DNA of 64,000 nucleotides from a virus (Duplodnaviria; Caudoviricetes): IMG/VR virus record IMGVR_UViG_2772190778_000001; one strand, 5' to 3'. Shown piece by piece: positions 54,357 to 64,000 of this stretch (position 1 is its first letter; each line of letters starts with the position of its first letter). The notes under the pieces were generated by a model. It saw only the letters and a program-made list of their open reading frames with translations, ran no database searches and was not told where the DNA came from. The position numbers and the translations under genes were made by a program.

Positions 54357-55150
54357 GCCCGGCCCGCCTTCTTCTCAGTCGCAAGAGGCACGATCTTTTC
54401 GGGCGCGCGCGGGGTGACGGGGCGGAAATCGTCGACCCGGCGCACCGCTGGAGGTTGCCCAGTCTCGAAGGCCCGGTTGCCCCAAAGCTCGAGGTCGGCC
54501 AGACGCCGCCCCCGGCCCATGGCCAGCTCCTTGGCGCGCGCCAGATTGATCGCCACCCGGCGGATCGATCCGCCCGAGGCGTCAACGATGGCCCCGAGCA
54601 GGTCAGCGCCCACGTCGATGCCAGCCGCGTAGATCGGCGCGAGCTTTTCTGCGTCTGGCAGGTTGCAGGCGAGGGCGGGCTCCCATGCGAGTTGGCGGTT
54701 GTGGATGTTCTCCCAGCGGGTCAGGTCCTGCGGCAGCTTTTCCTCGCCCACCAGAATGACCGGGGCCTGACAGCTCTCGTAAATGTCGCGCGCCAGCTCG
54801 ATCATCCGCTTGCGCAGGAGGTATTGCGCGTCGTCGATGATGAGTGGGCGGTCGCTGCGGGCAAGCTGCGCGCCGATGGCGTCGACCATGGCGGCCACGC
54901 CGCGTTGGGGCGGCAGGCCGATTTCGCGCAGTATCGCCTGCGCCAGATAGGTTGGCGTCCAGCAGTCTTTGACCTGGACAACATGGGCCTGATATTCATT
55001 GGCCGCGACCGTCACGGCGGTGGTCTTGCCCCAGCCGGAGGGGCCGTAGAACGTCGCCATGCCCGGCAGGCCGAAGGCGCGGGACTGGACACGCTCGACG
55101 AGGCCGATCAGCGCTGCGACGTTTCGCAGGGGCGCAATGGAAGGGGTCAT
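54353..55150 (-). CDS. MuB-like AAA+ ATPase
   Basis: GPSGWGKT, LIIDDAQ. Confidence 0.93.
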   Translation of the reverse strand: MTPSIAPLRNVAALIGLVERVQSRAFGLPGMATFYGPSGWGKTTAVTVAANEYQAHVVQVKDCWTPTYLAQAILREIGLPPQRGVAAMVDAIGAQLARSDRPLIIDDAQYLLRKRMIELARDIYESCQAPVILVGEEKLPQDLTRWENIHNRQLAWEPALACNLPDAEKLAPIYAAGIDVGADLLGAIVDASGGSIRRVAINLARAKELAMGRGRRLADLELWGNRAFETGQPPAVRRVDDFRPVTPRAPEKIVPLATEKKAGRA

Positions 55151-55168
55151 GCTGCTCTCCTTTTCTTG

Positions 55169-57292
55169 TTACTCTTGGGCACCGAAGCGGCGCTCCATGC
55201 GCAGCTGGGCGCGGTAGTCGGAACTCTGTTGGTAGTCGGCCAGCCAATCAGCCTGTGCCTGCGTCAGCATCTCGCCCTCCGCCTGCGCGGTCTCGAGGGC
55301 GCGGGCACGCAGAAACAGTGCCTTGGGATCGTCTTCATCGACCTCAACGGGGCGGGCGCGATGCTCGGCGAGGCGCGTCACGCGGGCCTCAAGTGCGGCT
55401 TCGCGCTCTATCTCCTCGACGCTTTGCGCGCGCCGCCGCTTGGGGGCGGCCTTATGCGGCGTCACCAGCTGATGCACCTGCGCCTCGGGCAGGGGTTCGT
55501 CTGCCGCCAGCCCCGAGGCTGCGCGCACACGGGCGGCCACCTCGGCCGCCGTCAACTCGCGCGCCGCCTTGGCCTCGGCCTTCTGCGCCTTGGCCCACGC
55601 CCCGCGTTTGCGGGCATGATCCCGCGCCGCGTCGACGTCGATGAACTTGGCGTCTTCAAGGCACGCCGCATGACCGAGATACCGGCCTGCCAGATCGTAG
55701 ACTTCCAGCCCTGCTGTCAGATCATCCGCGTCGAACCGTGCAACCACCTTTTCGCCTGCGATCCGGTACATCCACTCGGACCAGTATTCCGTGTCGTAGA
55801 GTTTCAGCGCGCCATTGCTGGTCTTGGCCCGCACTCCCTCGGCCCGCAGCAGCCAGAGGCGCAGCTGCTCGTCGGTCGCGCGCTTGATTGTGGCGCGCGC
55901 ATAGCCCTCGTTGAACACCTCATTAAACGACCGCCCCATGGCCACTTCACTGCGCCTCCCGGGGCGGGCGTTGTGATGCGCGAGCTCGTCCTCGAGAACG
56001 AGGCGGAACTCGTCGAGCGGGATGGCGCGGGTGCCGTAGTCCTCCGGTTTTGCGTCCGGCTTGTTGCCCGTATAGGCCCCGTCAAAGGCGGGGTGCTTGG
56101 CCACGCGGTCGCAAAGGTCGCGAAAGGCGCGCTCGATAGGTTTGGATTGCCCCGAATAGGGCGTGGCCCAGTGGACATGCACGCCCAAGAGCGGCAAGAG
56201 CCCGGGAATATCCTCATCCGTGACCTTGAACCGAAACCGGGTTGGCGTGCCGCCTGTCATCGCCTTGGCGGCAAATTCCCGGCCATTGTCGATCAGAACC
56301 GATTGCGGGATGCCATAGGTCCGGATCAGGTCACCGGTCACAAGCTGCACGGTGTGGCTGTTGGCCGTGTCCGACAGGCGCCATGCCAAGAGCTTGCCGG
56401 AATAGACGTCCGACCAGACCATCATCTGCGGCCGCACGGGCGTATCGATGCCGGGCCAGCGCACGAAAACGTCGAACTTGTGATAATCGCCCTGGACGCA
56501 TTCGAGCGGGACCATGAAGGCCTTGCTGCGCACCTGCGCTGGATAGAGGCGGCGGAGAGCCTGCTCGCCCTTGCGCAGGTAGGTTTCAGTCGGGGCCGAG
56601 ACGTTGGCCTTGATCCAGCGTCGCACCTGATGAAGGGGCGGCACGGTGCTGTTGCGCTGCTCGGAGGTCCAGACGCGCACGGCGCGGTCATAGCAACTGG
56701 TGAGGGAAGGTTGCGACAGGCGTAGCCAGTCGCTGCGCACCAGTGCCAGAAAGGCCGGGTCGATGTCACCCCGTTGGGCGGAAGCACGCCGCACTGCGCG
56801 CCCGTCGATCAGGTAAGCCAGCCGGTCGGCGGGGGCCACTCCCTCGACCTGCCCGAGGTAATTCCAGAGGGATTTCTCGGACCGCCCCAATTTGTGCGCG
56901 ACCTCGCGCACGGCCGCAGAGCGGGTCAATCCGGCCCCTTCCAACAACTCGACCTCGGCAATGGCCTCCAGCCGCGCCTCGGCCTCAGCGCGGGCCTTGT
57001 CACCCGCTGCTGCAAAGCGCTCCCAAGCCTCATCCTTGCCGGGCCGGGCCGCAGGGGCGTTGATCAAATCTGCGCTCAGCCGCATGCGGGCGCGGATAGG
57101 CAAGAGACTCCAGTGATATTCAAGGCCGCCTCCGGCTCCTTTACGCCGCCGCACCTTGCCTGCGTGCCGCGCCCAGCCTTCGCGCTCTGCCAACTGGTTG
57201 ATTTTGCGCTTGGTGCCCGGCAGGTCGGGCAATCCGGCCTCCGCCAGATCGGCAGCGCTCCACCATTCCTGCGAAGGGGCCGGGCCTGTCAT
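55169..57292 (-). CDS. MuA-like DDE transposase
   Basis: GDYHKFD / IDNGREF / SKPIERAF. Confidence 0.95.
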   Translation of the reverse strand: MTGPAPSQEWWSAADLAEAGLPDLPGTKRKINQLAEREGWARHAGKVRRRKGAGGGLEYHWSLLPIRARMRLSADLINAPAARPGKDEAWERFAAAGDKARAEAEARLEAIAEVELLEGAGLTRSAAVREVAHKLGRSEKSLWNYLGQVEGVAPADRLAYLIDGRAVRRASAQRGDIDPAFLALVRSDWLRLSQPSLTSCYDRAVRVWTSEQRNSTVPPLHQVRRWIKANVSAPTETYLRKGEQALRRLYPAQVRSKAFMVPLECVQGDYHKFDVFVRWPGIDTPVRPQMMVWSDVYSGKLLAWRLSDTANSHTVQLVTGDLIRTYGIPQSVLIDNGREFAAKAMTGGTPTRFRFKVTDEDIPGLLPLLGVHVHWATPYSGQSKPIERAFRDLCDRVAKHPAFDGAYTGNKPDAKPEDYGTRAIPLDEFRLVLEDELAHHNARPGRRSEVAMGRSFNEVFNEGYARATIKRATDEQLRLWLLRAEGVRAKTSNGALKLYDTEYWSEWMYRIAGEKVVARFDADDLTAGLEVYDLAGRYLGHAACLEDAKFIDVDAARDHARKRGAWAKAQKAEAKAARELTAAEVAARVRAASGLAADEPLPEAQVHQLVTPHKAAPKRRRAQSVEEIEREAALEARVTRLAEHRARPVEVDEDDPKALFLRARALETAQAEGEMLTQAQADWLADYQQSSDYRAQLRMERRFGAQE

Positions 57293-58143
57293 TCCGCATC
57301 CCCATGGTCAAGCTCGCTGAACAGCGCCGCAACCTCCGCGCCGCGCTCTTCGAGAAATGCCCGGCGTTCGCGCTTGCCCGCGCGGTCCCAAGCGTCCAAG
57401 AGGCGCAACAGCTTCTGGTCTTTATCGCTGATCGGGGCAGGAGCCTCGCCGCGCGCGGCGCGATAGGCTTTGCGGGCGGCGGACACTTTCTTTGCCTCGC
57501 CGGAAACGAGCGCCTTGACTACGAATTCTCGTTCGTCACGCTCTCCGATTTTGCCGATATCTATCAGGTCGTAAACGCCAACCTGTTTTGGGGCTTTACG
57601 CAGGCTTTCAATTTCTGGACGTTCCAGCAGCGTCCCGGCGCGGACGTAGTTGCGGATATGTCTTTCTGATAGGTCGAGCTGCTCTTGGACGCTCGCCACA
57701 AACGATACGACGGAACTCAATTCCGCCGTATCCCACCGCTTTGATACGAGGTCCGCGCCGGTCGCCGCCTTGGCTTCCGGGTGCAGCGTTTCATAGGCGC
57801 GCTTGCGCTCTGCCAGAAACATTGCCAGATCAACCGGGATCAGTGGCGCGCCTGCAAGATTGGCGTCGATCTCGATCAGCCGAGCCTCGGCGTCGTTGCA
57901 ACGAACGAGCCGCACCGGGATGGACTTTCGACCAATCTCTCGCAGCGCGGTCAGGCGGTGCATTCCGTCGAGGAGGTAGTCGCCGTCGCGCTTGCGCCGC
58001 ACGGTTATGTTCTGCAACAGGCCGCTCTGCTCGATTGACTGCTTGAGCCCGTCTAGCGTGGCGGTGTTCACGTCGCGCAGCCGGTCCTCGATGATGATCG
58101 CATCGACAGGAAGTTCGGTGACGGTCGAAAGATGCTCAATCAT
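57289..58143 (-). CDS. ParB N-terminal-like domain protein
   Basis: LLDGMHRLTA, EIDANL; homolog of 18893-19747. Confidence 0.82.
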   Translation of the reverse strand: MIEHLSTVTELPVDAIIIEDRLRDVNTATLDGLKQSIEQSGLLQNITVRRKRDGDYLLDGMHRLTALREIGRKSIPVRLVRCNDAEARLIEIDANLAGAPLIPVDLAMFLAERKRAYETLHPEAKAATGADLVSKRWDTAELSSVVSFVASVQEQLDLSERHIRNYVRAGTLLERPEIESLRKAPKQVGVYDLIDIGKIGERDEREFVVKALVSGEAKKVSAARKAYRAARGEAPAPISDKDQKLLRLLDAWDRAGKRERRAFLEERGAEVAALFSELDHGDAE

Positions 58144-58152
58144 TCCGGGGCC

Positions 58153-58365
58153 TCATGCGCCAAAACTCGCGAGAACGACGAGCACGGCGAACAGTGCCAA
58201 CGTTCCCAGCACATCGCCGATGACAGAAAAGACGCCCCGGCCGGAGCAAGCAGACTGGGCGCAGCCGGGGCGCAGGGCCAACGCCACGCGCTGCGCCTGC
58301 GGAATGGCCGCGATCTCGTCCTGCAACTGGCCCGCATCGGGAATGAGATCGGAAATCCGCATCAC
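58153..58365 (-). CDS. Fusion of two P1 early genes (70 aa)
   Basis: N-half matches 20419-20634, C-half matches 20234-20422. Confidence 0.7.
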   Translation of the reverse strand: MMRISDLIPDAGQLQDEIAAIPQAQRVALALRPGCAQSACSGRGVFSVIGDVLGTLALFAVLVVLASFGA

Positions 58366-58532
58366 ATTAAATCCTGTGTTGAAGGGGGTGTTTCAGGGGC
58401 GGCACCGTGGCGCAGCACTGCGACGGACAGGCCTGTGGCGACCACGGCCCAAAAAACGAGGGCGAACAGGAAGGCTATGGCAAAGCCGCTTCCGGGGGGA
58501 AGGGAGCGTTCGGGCTCGGGGCGCGGGTTCAT
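58362..58532 (-). CDS. Small membrane protein
   Basis: Homolog of 20631-20801. Confidence 0.7.
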   Translation of the reverse strand: MNPRPEPERSLPPGSGFAIAFLFALVFWAVVATGLSVAVLRHGAAPETPPSTQDLM

Positions 58533-58780
58533 GCGGCGTCCTCCCGTTTGGCGGATGGGCGGGGGATGTCGCGGGGCCATTCAAGGTCCCGATCCCAATT
58601 CTCATCGAACCAGGCGAGCAAGCGCTCGGCGGTCGCAGTGCGGCAGTCAAATCCGCGTTCAATCATTCTCTTGAAGAAGTCGCCTTTACCAAGGGCGCGC
58701 ATGGAGATTGCGTAATGCGTGACCCCGCGATGCGCCGCGAGCGTGGTTGCGAGGGTTATGAGTGTGTTTCGCTGGTTCAT
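58529..58780 (-). CDS. Ner/Cro-like regulator
   Basis: Divergent from repressor; LEWPRDIPRP C-terminus shared with P1. Confidence 0.75.
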   Translation of the reverse strand: MNQRNTLITLATTLAAHRGVTHYAISMRALGKGDFFKRMIERGFDCRTATAERLLAWFDENWDRDLEWPRDIPRPSAKREDAA

Positions 58781-58790
58781 GGGGCGACTA

Positions 58791-58858
58791 TAGCCCCTTT
58801 GGTCTCGAATAGACAAGCCCATTTGGTCTTTCTATTGCGAGATTAGCCCCTTTGGTCT
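58791..58858. promoter_or_regulatory. Three direct-repeat operator-like sites AGCCC(C/A)TTTGGTCT
   Basis: 58791-58805, 58815-58829, 58844-58858 in the divergent promoter region. Confidence 0.72.
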
Positions 58859-58869
58859 AACTTAATTGG

Positions 58870-59529
58870 ATGGATCCGATTCTAATGACCATAGACAAGG
58901 CCCTGAAGGATAAGGGTTTGAGTGACGCAGCCGCGTCACAATTGGCCGTTGGACATACGGCCTTAATCAAGAAGATGCGGATGCCTGCGAAGGGCGAGAA
59001 GCGATACAACGTTGTGGCGCTTCAGAAACTGGCCGAAGTGCTTGAATTAGAATTCTATTTCGGGCCACCGCGTGAGGCGGGCACGGTCTATACAACCCAA
59101 CTCGGCCATGATGATTTCGACGTGATCCTACGCCTGGATGCCCGCCTTGCTGCCGGGGCGGGCGTAGAGAATGGCGAGGTCTCATATGAGGGCGCACTTG
59201 CTTTCTGCCGCAAGTGGTTGAATGAGCATAATATTTCGCCGTCCCAAGCCTGTCTGATGCGCGTCTCTGGCGACAGCATGTGCCCAATGCTTCGCGACGA
59301 CGACGTGGTCATGATCGACCAACGCAAAACCACGATCCGTAATCGACACGTCTATGCGCTGGTCGACATCGACGGCTCCTCGCGGGTAAAGCGTGTCGAG
59401 CTGGTAGATAATGAGATGATCATTCTCAGCTCTGACAACCCGGATTACCCCACCGAAACGCGCCGAGGCCCAGATATGAACCGCATCCGCATTCTTGGCG
59501 AGATCGTGTGGTCATCGCATGCGTGGTGA
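58870..59529 (+). CDS. CI-like repressor with S24 peptidase domain
   Basis: LAAGAG, VSGDSM, RVKRV; N-terminal HTH differs from P1. Confidence 0.92.
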   Translation: MDPILMTIDKALKDKGLSDAAASQLAVGHTALIKKMRMPAKGEKRYNVVALQKLAEVLELEFYFGPPREAGTVYTTQLGHDDFDVILRLDARLAAGAGVENGEVSYEGALAFCRKWLNEHNISPSQACLMRVSGDSMCPMLRDDDVVMIDQRKTTIRNRHVYALVDIDGSSRVKRVELVDNEMIILSSDNPDYPTETRRGPDMNRIRILGEIVWSSHAW

Positions 59530-59795
59530 GGGTGTTCTGCACGAGAAATACCGGAGCTTCGACGAGAAGGGCGGATCCCGTCATTCGCCACGCCTTGAAT
59601 CTGACAGGCACCAAGCGAGGGAAGTTGACCTTTGCTGCCGGTGCGATCCGAACAGAGAGGGAATCCGACAACCACTCCTTTCGGATCTACCCTGTTTATT
59701 CACACAGCCGCGTTCTGCCTGCTGTAGTCATAGCATCTGGCGGCGCATCAAATCGCAACCAAGAAACCATTGCAGAGATTTAAAGATTGCCTGAA

Positions 59796-62700
59796 ATGAA
59801 GCCAGTAAACATCCTACACATTTCCGACCTGCATTACAAAACCAACCGTTCGTATGATCAAGGAGTAGTCCTTGACGCCCTTCTGAGGGATGTTTCACTA
59901 CAGTCGGAGTCAGTTGGTTCCCCCGACTTAATCGTTTTTTCTGGAGACCTCGTACACTCGGCTGACGACGAACGGATATACGAGAAGCTATACGACCACT
60001 TCATCGACAAACTACTTAGAGTAACAAACTGCGATCATACAAGAATATTTTTGACACCGGGAAACCACGACCTAAGCCGCAAGTTCTTACAGGACCACAC
60101 TGCTGAACAAGCTGAAATCGAACAAAACTCGAACGATAGAGAGAAGCTTAATGGCCTTTACCTGTCAGGGAGAGCCTCAGAAATTGCGCGCTTAAAGTCA
60201 CAAGAGTTTTTCGATTTCGCAGGCATTTTTGAGCCTGAAGGTGAGCTTCATTCAGACGCGATTGCTTCACTCCATGACCTCAAAGAATTAGGATTGTCTA
60301 TCGTAAGCCTCAATACTGCTTGGATGGGACGGGCAGGCATTGATAAACAAAGTGACCTGCAAAGGTTAGCCATACCTGAAGCGGCGATCTCTAACATCCT
60401 CAGAAAAATTCCCCAGAATCGATATGTTATCTTTAATTTCCACCATCCGTTTGAGTGGCACGCAGAACACGGAAGTCAGGACTTCAAAGATCTCAGCCAG
60501 AATAAAGGAAACCTATTTCTTTACGGTCACGTACACGACCCACGCCCCGTCGTTTATGCGGGCGAAAGCCGCGGAGCAGTGCACAATCAAGCCGGCGCTC
60601 TATATACTTGGCGGCAAGACCGTTACCTCGGATATGCTATGATCCGTGTCGAACCGGAGCTGAAGCACACAGAGCTTTGCTGGAGATCATATTTCGACAA
60701 AAGACGTGCGTTCGATACTGCAACTAATGTGAATGACAACCTGGGCATTCACTACTCATCTGCAGAGGCCCGCAATTACTTTGCGACAATAATAGACAGA
60801 CGGAAGTCGATAAGAATCAATGAATGGGTTGAGGAAAAGGTAAAGCCTTTCATTCTAGACGAATTTTCTGATGGAATATTGGATCGACCGACCCCCGAAC
60901 TATTCGTTGCCCCACCACTGTCAAAACTTGTGCAAGATAGTGATTCCAGCGATCCCATAGCGGGAGAAGTCGTCGAGCATTCCTGCACAATCGAAGATAT
61001 ACTGGCTGATGATCTAAATTATTTGTTCGAAGCATACCCAGAGCACGGCAAAACGGCTATGCTTTATAAACTTTGTATGGAAATAGCGAACTCAGCAGCA
61101 ACGCGCGGCAGCAGCAAGCGCATAGTGCCAGTGTTGCTTCAGTTCAGCGATTTCGCACCAGGTACCAAAAGGGTTGAGAAAGCCGTGCGAGATAAACTCC
61201 CGGGCATACCCGAAGGATGCGACGTTGAACTATTGCTCTACGAGGGATGTTTCACAATTTGTATTGATGATGTTAACTTCTCTGACACCAAACGAATGAA
61301 GGAGCTTAGAGACTTCATATCTAAGTACAAAAACAACAGGTTTTTTATGACTACTACGACTGTCCGCCGTCACGAGAGTCTAGTTCCTAATACAAGTCTT
61401 GGCGCGCATTTCGAGAGAATAAGGCTACATCAATTTCGCCGACCCGACCTTCGCAAGCTGATAAGAAAAATTGACGAAGCCAATGGTTCGGAGGAAGAAC
61501 TGCTGGACAGGGTCATTGCGGAACTTCGCGCCATGAACGTTCCGGCAACACCATTGAACAGTTCACTACTTATGGACATCCTTTCGAGAGACAGCAACTT
61601 CTCCCCCATTAACAGACCAACACTTATCGAGAGGTTTATTGAAACGCTTCTGAAGAAACGATCCTTGGGAGAGGTGGAGCGCAAAAAGTTCGACTTTCGA
61701 AACCAAGTTCATTATTTGGGTTTTGTAGCTGAACATATGTGTCGAACAAACAAGTACGTGCTCGACTATGATGAGCTATTTGGCATAACCTCAAGCTACT
61801 TGAAAAGTCTGGGCCTGAATTTCGGTGCCCGTGAGATTATAGATAATACAATTCACTCCAAGATATTCTCCGAGAAACGCGGCGAAAACTGTGTTTCTTT
61901 TCGCTTTAGGGCATTCCTCGAGTTTTTTGTCGCTACCAGAATGAGAGAACAAGGAGATTTCAAGAAGTGGATTTTCGAGGAAGATCGTTACCTGAGTTAT
62001 TTAAACGAGATCGAATACTACTCGGGACTTGAAAGAAACGATCTTGCGCTTCTTCAGATGGTGTCTAAACGCCACTTAGGACACCATCTCTCGGTGTTCG
62101 GTGACGTTTTTGACAAAATTCTTGATGATGAGCAATTTTCGAAACTTCCCAACTCCCTTGAAAGCAGCAAAAGATTCGCAGACGACCTTGCCGAGCAAAT
62201 GAAGGAAGCCCCGCTTTCCGCGGAAGAGCGCGACGAAGTGCTAGATGCGGAATTGCCTCGCGATGCTGAAGGACGACAAGAGGTTTTTCGCCCGTCTGCC
62301 AAAGAAACCACTTCAAAATATATCCTATCGCTGTTTATGTACACCTCGCTTGTGAAGAATACTGAATTGATCGAGGATACCGAGAAGAGGTATCACTTGT
62401 CCTGCGTGCTTAAGAGCTGGTCTTCATCAATTGTCGCTTCATTTCTTTCAATCCCGAGCTTAGTTAAAAATCGTCGTATGACTTTGAACGGCCTTACATA
62501 CATCGTTTCGTTTCCGAGAGAACTTTCCGATGAAGATGTCGCTAGAAAGATTGCGCTCGGGTTACCAAAAGAAATCGCACGCTTAGTGCACCTTTTAATT
62601 GCAACCGAGAAACTAGAGTATCAGCTAACTCAACCCACTATCCAAGAAAGTGGCGAGCCCAATATTACAGCGTTTCTCCGAAGCTCCTTGTACATTGACC

Positions 62701-62990
62701 TTAAACTGAGGGGCTGGTGGAAAGAACCGGGGAGATTTATTGATCGGGTTCAAGGCGATGTTTATTTTCAGGAAGTCATGCTAAGTAAAGCGGCAGACGT
62801 CTATAGGCTCGGCGCGTTTTCGAAGACGGCCGGGCAGGAGTTGGAGGATGAAATTGTGGAAACATATGCTAGGCTTTACTCGCCCTCCAGGTCTCAAATA
62901 GGCGAGATTCGCAATAAGAAGAAAGCGGACATGCGTCGAATTAAACACTTGCGAACTCTTCGTGCGAAGCTACCGATCAATAATGAATAG
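59796..62990 (+). CDS. Calcineurin-like metallophosphoesterase fused to STAND/NACHT-like NTPase; candidate defence protein
   Basis: SDLH, SGDLV, PGNHD, HHP, GHVH; atypical Walker A AYPEHGKT, Walker B ICIDD; AT-richer. Confidence 0.8.
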   Translation: MKPVNILHISDLHYKTNRSYDQGVVLDALLRDVSLQSESVGSPDLIVFSGDLVHSADDERIYEKLYDHFIDKLLRVTNCDHTRIFLTPGNHDLSRKFLQDHTAEQAEIEQNSNDREKLNGLYLSGRASEIARLKSQEFFDFAGIFEPEGELHSDAIASLHDLKELGLSIVSLNTAWMGRAGIDKQSDLQRLAIPEAAISNILRKIPQNRYVIFNFHHPFEWHAEHGSQDFKDLSQNKGNLFLYGHVHDPRPVVYAGESRGAVHNQAGALYTWRQDRYLGYAMIRVEPELKHTELCWRSYFDKRRAFDTATNVNDNLGIHYSSAEARNYFATIIDRRKSIRINEWVEEKVKPFILDEFSDGILDRPTPELFVAPPLSKLVQDSDSSDPIAGEVVEHSCTIEDILADDLNYLFEAYPEHGKTAMLYKLCMEIANSAATRGSSKRIVPVLLQFSDFAPGTKRVEKAVRDKLPGIPEGCDVELLLYEGCFTICIDDVNFSDTKRMKELRDFISKYKNNRFFMTTTTVRRHESLVPNTSLGAHFERIRLHQFRRPDLRKLIRKIDEANGSEEELLDRVIAELRAMNVPATPLNSSLLMDILSRDSNFSPINRPTLIERFIETLLKKRSLGEVERKKFDFRNQVHYLGFVAEHMCRTNKYVLDYDELFGITSSYLKSLGLNFGAREIIDNTIHSKIFSEKRGENCVSFRFRAFLEFFVATRMREQGDFKKWIFEEDRYLSYLNEIEYYSGLERNDLALLQMVSKRHLGHHLSVFGDVFDKILDDEQFSKLPNSLESSKRFADDLAEQMKEAPLSAEERDEVLDAELPRDAEGRQEVFRPSAKETTSKYILSLFMYTSLVKNTELIEDTEKRYHLSCVLKSWSSSIVASFLSIPSLVKNRRMTLNGLTYIVSFPRELSDEDVARKIALGLPKEIARLVHLLIATEKLEYQLTQPTIQESGEPNITAFLRSSLYIDLKLRGWWKEPGRFIDRVQGDVYFQEVMLSKAADVYRLGAFSKTAGQELEDEIVETYARLYSPSRSQIGEIRNKKKADMRRIKHLRTLRAKLPINNE

Positions 62991-63442
62991 GCGAGTTGCC
63001 TCGTCCTAAAATCTCACGTGAACGTGCAACAAACGGCTGGGATGCGGTCTGTGAACGCGGTATTTTGGCCCAACACTCAAGGAGGTTTTGGGCCGTCCGC
63101 GTTTCCGCGACTATGGACTCAGCCGCGCATTGTCTGATTTTTCTGAGCTTTAATGTTGTCGAAAACTTTGCCTAATCGGTGCGCGGACTCATCTAAGTTG
63201 CCGGCCATTTCGCGGCCACGCTTACAGAGTAAGGATGGGCGGGGTTGCGCGTCTGGCAAACTAGGCGGCAAATGGTCGTCGAATTTCATCGCAGCAAAAA
63301 ATGTTTCCTTAACATATGATCCATTACGAGACTGGTGGCCTGACAGCCCGACCGGCGGCTGGGCGGGGTAATGCTGACCTTTGACTACTGTAGGCTTTCA
63401 GGCAAAAAAATTGGGCGCGATCCTTCAAGATAAAAAAGAGCA

Positions 63443-64000
63443 TCACGGAAAGAACGTTTGTAGGTAGTCTTGAATGGCAACACCCGCCAAGCCGACGAAA
63501 CCAATCGCTGCATAGGCTGCTAAGAACACGTACGTCAAACGTCGCTTACGCTGTACTCTATCGTTTGCACGAGAACACCGAAGTAAAATTGGGGCCAAAG
63601 CTAGTTCCATCTGCGATCTGTCTTCGGCAGATACAGCTTCTGATATATCATAAATGTTCGCATTGAATGACTTCTCGATCGACCGCAAATCGCTACGACT
63701 GCAATACCCAACCCACGCGAAACGATACGAAGCCTTTCGTTCGTCTTCCTCCGGTTTTGAGTTACTAACCGGCCAGCTTGATACTCTGTGAAGTTGCCTC
63801 CTTGGGCCTAAGAGCATAAAGGATAAAAGCGAACCCCCGACTTCATCCTCAGTATCGTCTTTGTCCATTGCATACCCAATCAGGTCCATCCCTGCAGCTT
63901 CACTGCGAGCAAGAACTTGATCGCGCTTTCCAACCGGGCCAATCAACACAAACTCATCGTGGAGCGAATTGAATGCCAAACTTTCAGGGTCGCGACTCAT
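63443..64000 (-). CDS. Hypothetical protein with C-terminal TM (may extend beyond window)
   Basis: 185-aa ORF starting at the window edge; AT-richer. Confidence 0.6.
   Translation of the reverse strand: MSRDPESLAFNSLHDEFVLIGPVGKRDQVLARSEAAGMDLIGYAMDKDDTEDEVGGSLLSFMLLGPRRQLHRVSSWPVSNSKPEEDERKASYRFAWVGYCSRSDLRSIEKSFNANIYDISEAVSAEDRSQMELALAPILLRCSRANDRVQRKRRLTYVFLAAYAAIGFVGLAGVAIQDYLQTFFP

Larger units (their letters stand above)
23473..59529 (-). mobile_element. Mu-like transposable prophage 2 (siphovirus-type tail); left boundary not seen, may extend past 64000
   Basis: Full gene set from R end and com/mom-position module through tail, head, lysis, MuB, MuA and repressor; ORFs appear intact. 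Confidence 0.95.

Noticed and set aside
54455-56725. Long + strand ORFs antisense to phage genes (also 32179-33750, 35340-36920, 44586-46052, 6768-8078 and many others)
   Set aside because: Typical shadow ORFs of GC-rich coding DNA, with no motifs or RBS; the opposite strand has recognisable genes.
1-59529. Duplicated phage genes as a simple assembly duplication
   Set aside because: Copies differ by many substitutions, different operators and whole-gene indels, so they are distinct prophages.
63899-63906. TTCACTGC as the P2 left-end site
   Set aside because: 8-bp match inside an ORF, without AAACT continuation, partner site or terminal context.

Overview
GC-rich alphaproteobacterial (Rhodobacteraceae-like) DNA carrying two related but distinct Mu-like transposable prophages with non-contractile tails, joined head-to-tail in the same orientation (genes mostly on the - strand). 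Prophage 1 (P1, 1-23472) is partial: head, packaging, lysis, early/transposition and immunity modules plus its left end; its tail and right end lie left of the window. Prophage 2 (P2) runs from its right end at about 23473 through cargo genes, a Com/small protein/ABC-GNAT (mom-position) module, tail, head, lysis, transposition and repressor (59529). It is followed by an AT-richer metallophosphoesterase-STAND NTPase gene and an orphan; no left end is visible before 64000. The left end of P1 abuts the right end of P2 with cognate 22-bp transposase sites. The two phages have different operators and differ by discrete gene cassettes. Best candidates for new biology: MuF fused to a JAB-like metalloenzyme with a putative immunity gene, a solo DUF6527 peptidase, a Com-regulated ABC-GNAT module with a duplicated structured RNA-like element upstream, the end-to-end junction, and the phosphoesterase-STAND protein. 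No rRNA, tRNA or CRISPR array was seen. All family calls are from motif recognition, not database searches.
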